From assembly GCA_043826565.1 (NCBI GenBank), contig JBDRPX010000030.1, positions 21,660-85,659 of the forward strand: a DNA stretch of 64,000 nt, in the 5' to 3' direction. The notes beneath the pieces were generated by a model. It was given only the letters and a program-made list of their open reading frames with translations. It ran no database searches and was not told the origin of the DNA. Source of the stretch: Candidatus Omnitrophota bacterium (GTDB lineage: Bacteria; Omnitrophota; Gorgyraeia; B26-G9). A program made the position numbers and the translations under genes. Below are positions 58,811 through 64,000 of the stretch, one piece after another. Positions within the stretch are counted from its first letter, which is position 1. The number at the start of each line of letters is the position of its first letter.

Positions 58811-59539
58811 TTAGTTACTCTTATTTTTCCGCCGTTCTTTCAAAGACATTCCCGGCACCCCGCAATATACTGTACGCGGTTCAATAATTGTATTTTTGCC
58901 CAGCACCGTACCCGCGGCCAGCATCGCCTGATCACCGATCTGGCATCCGGGCAAAACCACAGAATTCAAACCGATCACCGCGCGATTGCCGATCTTAACT
59001 TTTTTTAAAACCAATCTTCCCCGCTCAAAAGAATGTCCGATCACCGTAGCATGGCCGCCGATAACCGCGCTATCGCCGATCTCCAAAAGAGACAGATCAG
59101 CGCAAAACTTGGAATTTATCTGTACATTCTTACCCAGCTTCGCGCCCATTAAACGGTAAAAAAGATTAATAAAAGGAGTAATTAAAATAAAATCCATAAA
59201 TGTATTAGCGACTACCAGGACCAGGGAATTGACCAAAGCCCATTTCAAAGCCCCCGGAGAAGCCATGGGATATTCCCCTTCTTTTAAAGTTAGTCCGAAT
59301 AAAATCCGGACTATTCCGACAATAAAAATCAAACATAATCCATAAATAAAATAAGCCGCCGCGATCCCTAAGGAAAACGCCAGTATCTGCCAAACCAAAG
59401 AATATTCCGCCGCCAGATTAACAAACTTAACACACAATAACAGTCCGGGAAAAATCGCCAAGCCGATAACAAATATCCCCACCACATACATGAATAATGT
59501 AAACAACAACTGCACAATCGTCGTAATCAACCATTTCAT
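58811..59539 (-). CDS. Membrane-anchored left-handed beta-helix acyltransferase-like protein
   Basis: Start moved to ATG 59539 (GGAGG SD); TM helices then TPFINLFYRLMGAKLGKNV and hexapeptide repeats. Confidence 0.75.
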   Translation of the reverse strand: MKWLITTIVQLLFTLFMYVVGIFVIGLAIFPGLLLCVKFVNLAAEYSLVWQILAFSLGIAAAYFIYGLCLIFIVGIVRILFGLTLKEGEYPMASPGALKWALVNSLVLVVANTFMDFILITPFINLFYRLMGAKLGKNVQINSKFCADLSLLEIGDSAVIGGHATVIGHSFERGRLVLKKVKIGNRAVIGLNSVVLPGCQIGDQAMLAAGTVLGKNTIIEPRTVYCGVPGMSLKERRKNKSN

Positions 59540-59579
59540 AGCAACCCTCCGATTTAAAGTATTACGTCCCATAAGTACA

Positions 59580-59711
59580 GATAACGCAAAAATTATCTTT
59601 GAACGGCGCTTTGAATCGTCATTTTTGCACGAGGCAAAAATAGATTCAACGCGCGGCCGCAAGGCATGGATGCCGCTGCGGGCTTAGTGAAAAGATGTGT
59701 TTTGCGATATC
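59580..59711. repeat. Structured palindromic element, copy 3
   Basis: GATAACGCAAAA/TTTTGCGATATC ends; AACGCGCGGCCGC..GGCATGGATGCCGC..GCGGGCTTAG core. Confidence 0.85.
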
Positions 59712-59747
59712 CCTATATATTTCATTATATATTTCCATTCTTTATTA

Positions 59748-59773
59748 CGGGTGCAGGCAAGCAGCGCCCCTAC
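59748..59773 (-). repeat. GTAG-type REP
   Basis: GTAG-GGGCGC-TGCTTGCCT-GCACCC; its TAG is the stop codon of the upstream gene. Confidence 0.65.
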
Positions 59774-60510
59774 ATTGTTTGATTAAACCAATCAAGAATC
59801 AATTTCTTCATCAGCTCCGGATATTGCTGAATTAAGCGTTCCGCATGCAAACCATCTTTGATCAGCTCGATCTTATTTTTCCCCGATGCCGCTTTAAATA
59901 AATCCTGAGAATGATAATCCTTAATTATCCAATCCCGCGTACCATGAATAAAAAACATCGGAATATTTTCAATATATTTTACCTGAGTAAGCGGCTTGGG
60001 TTTTTTCATAAAGATCACATCAACTCTCGCTCCCTTACCTTCCCAGTCACACTCCAGATTATCCTTTAAGTCCGAAAACATCTCCGGCTCCCAGAAATGA
60101 TAATTGATCTGCCAGAAACTTTCCGGCCCGCTGATCAAAACCATACTCTTAACATTCTGCGTGCGGCTGATCGCGTTAATCGACGCGGCCGCACCCAGAG
60201 AATAACCGAGGATACCCACCTCGGCATATCCGCAGGAATAAGCATATTCAAGCACAGCCTCAACATCATAATGTTCTTTCGCCGACCAGGCAAACTTTCC
60301 ATTGCTGTCCCCATGGCCGCGAAAATCAAAAACAATCGCATCATAACATTCGGAAATAATATTTACGGTCTTTTGTATCCAGCGGTTTTTCTTGCTGTTA
60401 AAAAACCCCGGACAAACCACGATCACTTTTTTAAATCCATTTTGGCGATGCTCAAAACTGATTTTAATATTATCTTTGGTTTTTAAAATCCCGTTTATTT
60501 TTTTAGACAT
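59770..60510 (-). CDS. Alpha/beta hydrolase
   Basis: DFRGHGDS, GYSLG nucleophile elbow, HGTRD, catalytic His in GLHAE. Confidence 0.9.
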   Translation of the reverse strand: MSKKINGILKTKDNIKISFEHRQNGFKKVIVVCPGFFNSKKNRWIQKTVNIISECYDAIVFDFRGHGDSNGKFAWSAKEHYDVEAVLEYAYSCGYAEVGILGYSLGAAASINAISRTQNVKSMVLISGPESFWQINYHFWEPEMFSDLKDNLECDWEGKGARVDVIFMKKPKPLTQVKYIENIPMFFIHGTRDWIIKDYHSQDLFKAASGKNKIELIKDGLHAERLIQQYPELMKKLILDWFNQTM

Positions 60511-60574
60511 AATTCCCTCCTGTATTCCCCCTAGACAAATAACACAAAAACTTTTTTCTGACCTCTGACTTCTG

Positions 60575-63500
60575 TCATCTGTTTTCTGCTGCTTCCTGCG
60601 CGATCTTCTTTATCTGCTTCAAATCTAATTTACCGCTGCCTAAAAGCGGGATTTCCTCAACCTTATAAAAACTATCCCGTTTAGGGATCCATAACTTGGG
60701 TAATTCCGTAGCATTAAGCTTCTCCCATAATTCATCTGTATTAATATCACCTTTATATAATACTGCCAGGCGCTCGCCTTTTCTTTCATCCGCCACAGAC
60801 GTTACCGCGCAAACCGTTTCCACCGTACCGAGAATATTAGTTATCTCCTCTTCCACCTTAATATGCGGCACCATTTCTCCGGCGATCTTACTAAACCGGC
60901 TTAAACGGTCGGTTATCTGAATAAAACCATCTTCATCCATCATCGCGATATCGCCAGTTAGATACCACCCGTCTTTAATTACTTCCGCGGTTTTCTCCGG
61001 CTGATTTAAATATCCCTTCATCACATTCGGCCCCTTAATGACCAGCAAACCTTCGGTATCATACGGCAAAAGCTCAAGCGTATCCGGGTTAACAATTTTT
61101 GCCGCCACCCCGGGAAGCGGATGTCCGACTTTACCCGGCTTAAAACCTTTTTGCAAAATATTTTCATTTTTATCAAAACAATCCGGAATGCCCACGGACA
61201 CAATCGGTGAAAGTTCAGTCGCGCCATATCCTTCAAACGGCACTACATTAAATTTTTCATAAAAAGCCTGCGCTACATTCTGCTTTAATTTTTCCGCTCC
61301 GGTCAAAGCATAGCGGATACTGGCAAACTGCTCTGGTTTGCATTTTTTAATATAAGCGGAGAAAAATGTCGGGGTACCCAGCAAAATCGAAGCTTTATAC
61401 TTATGTACCATTTTACCGATCACTTGCGCGTCCAGCGGATTATTATGATAGACCACTCCGATGCCGCTGCCTACCGGCAGGCATAATGTCGCGGTAAAAC
61501 CAAACGAATGAAAAAACGGCAATATTCCCATAACCACATCTTTGCCGTCTAACTGCATGATCTGATAAAACCCTTCAATATTCGAAGAAATATTCTCATG
61601 CGTAAGCAATACTCCTTTGGGCATGCCCGTACTGCCGCTGGAAAAAATCACTGTAGCCACATCATCGACATTCTGTTTATCTCCGCGCACATACCAGGAC
61701 CTGATCAGCACAGACGGCAGCAGCAAAGCCGCCAAAAATGACCTGATCTTTTCCCCGGAACTTATTTTCGTCTTCATATCTTCGAGATAGATCATTTCTA
61801 TTTCCGGAAGCTCCATGGTTACTTTTTCCAAAAATTTACGGGAGGTAATAATCCTTTTCATCCGGCATTGTTCAATAGAAGAAAACACGCTTTCCCGGGA
61901 AGCGGTAAAATTAATATTTACCGGAATTTTACCCGCGAATAAAGCCGCGCCGTTTATCATTGAAGCCATGCAGGAAGCCGGCAATAAAACACCCACCATC
62001 TCATCTTTTTCATCTTCCGGAAACAATTTACGGGAAAGCAGCATTACGGTTGCCAATACCTCCGCGTAATTAAATCTCATGCCCGTACTGTCGGCCATGC
62101 AAAACTTAAACGGATGCTGTTTTACTTCGCGAATAAAAGCAATATGCAGCTTCACTCTGTCCGAACCGCGTTCTTTATAAGCTTGCGCGGAAAGTTCCAT
62201 TACCTGAGCACGCACTTGATGTACCTTAGAATCCGCCGGCATCTGATTGCCATAACATATTGTAACCGGATAAGGAATGATCTTCGGCATGGTCCACTTA
62301 TATTTACTGTTCTCAAACCTAAAAAGAGCACCCCAGATACGGTCTATATACATCGGGATTATTGGTGCTTTTGTACCTTTCATAATATGTTCAAAACCCC
62401 GGCGAAACGGCTGCATATTTCCGCTTTTCGTCAAATGGCCTTCGGCAAAAATGCACACCAGCTCTCCGTTTTCCACTGCCTCCCGGGCCTCTTGCAAAGA
62501 CTTCAATATTGATTTCGGAGCATCTTCAAAAGATACCGGGATCACCTGCATGATCCTGGCGATCCAATGAACCAGCGGATGATCATACATCTTACGCCAC
62601 ATTAAAAACCGTACCGGGCGCGGTGATGAACCGAGAATGATCAATGGATCAATAAAAGACACATGATTGCACACTAAAAGCGCCCCGCCGTCCTTAGGCA
62701 GGTTATCCATACCCATGACTTTCAATCGGATGATCGAATGGGTGATCACCCAATTAAATAAACGAATAAACGCAATCGGTAAAACCCGAAAAATATATAA
62801 AGTAACCAAAATTGATAGGCCGCCGCAAACCACAAAGATCAGTGCCGCATTCAAAGAAAACCATTCCCGCAAAACATAGATCAATCCGGTCCCGGCGAGG
62901 ATAGCTGAAAAGGAAAAAAAGTTTAAGGTTGCCAATACTTGGCCTCTACGGGTTTGCGGACTTTTTTGCTGAATATAAGTATTTAAAGGAACAATATAAA
63001 ACCCCGCGCAGATTCCCAGCACAAACAAACATCCCAAAGTCAGAGCAAGCGAGTGATAAGTAAATCCCAGAATTATCGGGAATATACTTAAACCCAGCGC
63101 TCCCAAAGGCACCAGTCCGAATTCAACTTTATGATCTGAGAGTTTTCCCGCCAGGATACTTCCGGCTCCAATACCCAAAGCCAGCAAAGTCAAAAGCATC
63201 CCGGTATTAAGCTCATTAACTTCCATAACCTTGCGCGCGTAGATCAGAATATTCAGCTGAAAGATCGAACCAAGCAAACTGAAATAGATCAGGCCAAGTA
63301 AGGCGAGAAAAATATTCTTTTCCCCGGCAGCACGTTTTACATTTTGGACAACTTCCCGGAAAATATTCCATTCAAATTTACGCGCCGAATATACTGCCGG
63401 AACTTTAGTCACGAACAAACTGGTAATAATACCCAATAAAGAAACACCCATAAAAACAAACGCCGCTTTTGCCGGATTCTCTTTAGTTATATAAAAAACA

Positions 63501-63982
63501 AACCCTCCGAATGCCGTCCCGAAAATAATCGCCAGATATGTCCACATCTGCATGGCCCCGTTCCCCTCAGAAAGATCATCCTCCGCGAGAAGCTCCGGCA
63601 GGATCCCGTATTTTGCCGGGCTAAAAAAAGCGCTCTGCATTCCCATCAAAAACAGCACCGCCAACACCCCATAAATACTTCCCGCAGACAAAGCCGTAAA
63701 TCCCAGCCCCATCACAATAAGTTCGGCAATTTTCGCGCTGATAATTATTTTGCGTTTGCTCACCCGGTCGGCAATAAAACCGGCATACGTGGAAAATAAT
63801 AAAAACGGCAGAATAAACACCGCGCTCGGCAAAGACAAATACTCAGTTCCGCCGCCTTTACGCACAAACATGTTTACCGCCAATAAAGAAATCACTAACT
63901 TAAAAGCATTATCATTAAACGCGCCTAAGAACTGCGTAGCCATTAAAGCCCTAAATCCCGGCTTAGCGACAGAACGTGACAT
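60575..63982 (-). CDS. aas: MFS (LplT-like) + PlsC acyltransferase + acyl-ACP synthetase fusion
   Basis: QFLGAFNDN MFS; NHVSFID and FAEG acyltransferase; FSSGSTGMPKG, EGYGATE, TGD, GSGK adenylation motifs. Confidence 0.92.
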   Translation of the reverse strand: MSRSVAKPGFRALMATQFLGAFNDNAFKLVISLLAVNMFVRKGGGTEYLSLPSAVFILPFLLFSTYAGFIADRVSKRKIIISAKIAELIVMGLGFTALSAGSIYGVLAVLFLMGMQSAFFSPAKYGILPELLAEDDLSEGNGAMQMWTYLAIIFGTAFGGFVFYITKENPAKAAFVFMGVSLLGIITSLFVTKVPAVYSARKFEWNIFREVVQNVKRAAGEKNIFLALLGLIYFSLLGSIFQLNILIYARKVMEVNELNTGMLLTLLALGIGAGSILAGKLSDHKVEFGLVPLGALGLSIFPIILGFTYHSLALTLGCLFVLGICAGFYIVPLNTYIQQKSPQTRRGQVLATLNFFSFSAILAGTGLIYVLREWFSLNAALIFVVCGGLSILVTLYIFRVLPIAFIRLFNWVITHSIIRLKVMGMDNLPKDGGALLVCNHVSFIDPLIILGSSPRPVRFLMWRKMYDHPLVHWIARIMQVIPVSFEDAPKSILKSLQEAREAVENGELVCIFAEGHLTKSGNMQPFRRGFEHIMKGTKAPIIPMYIDRIWGALFRFENSKYKWTMPKIIPYPVTICYGNQMPADSKVHQVRAQVMELSAQAYKERGSDRVKLHIAFIREVKQHPFKFCMADSTGMRFNYAEVLATVMLLSRKLFPEDEKDEMVGVLLPASCMASMINGAALFAGKIPVNINFTASRESVFSSIEQCRMKRIITSRKFLEKVTMELPEIEMIYLEDMKTKISSGEKIRSFLAALLLPSVLIRSWYVRGDKQNVDDVATVIFSSGSTGMPKGVLLTHENISSNIEGFYQIMQLDGKDVVMGILPFFHSFGFTATLCLPVGSGIGVVYHNNPLDAQVIGKMVHKYKASILLGTPTFFSAYIKKCKPEQFASIRYALTGAEKLKQNVAQAFYEKFNVVPFEGYGATELSPIVSVGIPDCFDKNENILQKGFKPGKVGHPLPGVAAKIVNPDTLELLPYDTEGLLVIKGPNVMKGYLNQPEKTAEVIKDGWYLTGDIAMMDEDGFIQITDRLSRFSKIAGEMVPHIKVEEEITNILGTVETVCAVTSVADERKGERLAVLYKGDINTDELWEKLNATELPKLWIPKRDSFYKVEEIPLLGSGKLDLKQIKKIAQEAAENR

Positions 63983-64000
63983 ATTTACCCCCTATTTAAA

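Noticed and set aside
59540-59662. N-terminal 41-aa extension of ORF 58811-59662
   Set aside because: It reads through copy 3 of the structured element; the ATG at 59539 has a GGAGG SD.
60557-60577. TCTGACC-TCTGACT-TCTGTC heptamer repeat
   Set aside because: Too short and degenerate to interpret.
1-64000. CRISPR array, tRNA or rRNA genes
   Set aside because: No regularly spaced repeats, cloverleaf/T-loop signature or rRNA sequence was seen in any intergenic gap.

Overview
A 64 kb chromosomal segment of a low-GC, probably anaerobic diderm bacterium. Gene content suggests Ca. Omnitrophota/PVC, but that is inference only. Almost all real genes are on the minus strand. Left part: ilvD (truncated by the window edge), rpsU, an RRM protein, a SlyD-type PPIase, single-chain PFOR (nifJ), PAS signalling proteins, a B12-radical SAM + TMTC-like glycosyltransferase pair and a TraF-like outer-membrane barrel. 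Middle (about 17.9-52.7 kb): a large Wzx/Wzy polysaccharide locus. It has Wzc, a short OPX plus beta-barrel, two ligase/polymerase-family proteins, about 9 glycosyltransferases, several methyltransferases, a CapK-like ligase, a D-glucuronyl C5-epimerase, three unusual fusions, and two paralogous secreted proteins sharing a C-terminal EPExPETSP tail. Right part: RlmD-like MTase, ilvB with an unannotated attenuator peptide and tandem terminators, a PlpD-like patatin, a RAYT transposase with GTAG REPs, and an aas operon. The most striking non-coding signal is a 120-147 nt multi-hairpin element present in three copies whose stems co-vary. No rRNA, tRNA or CRISPR array was seen.
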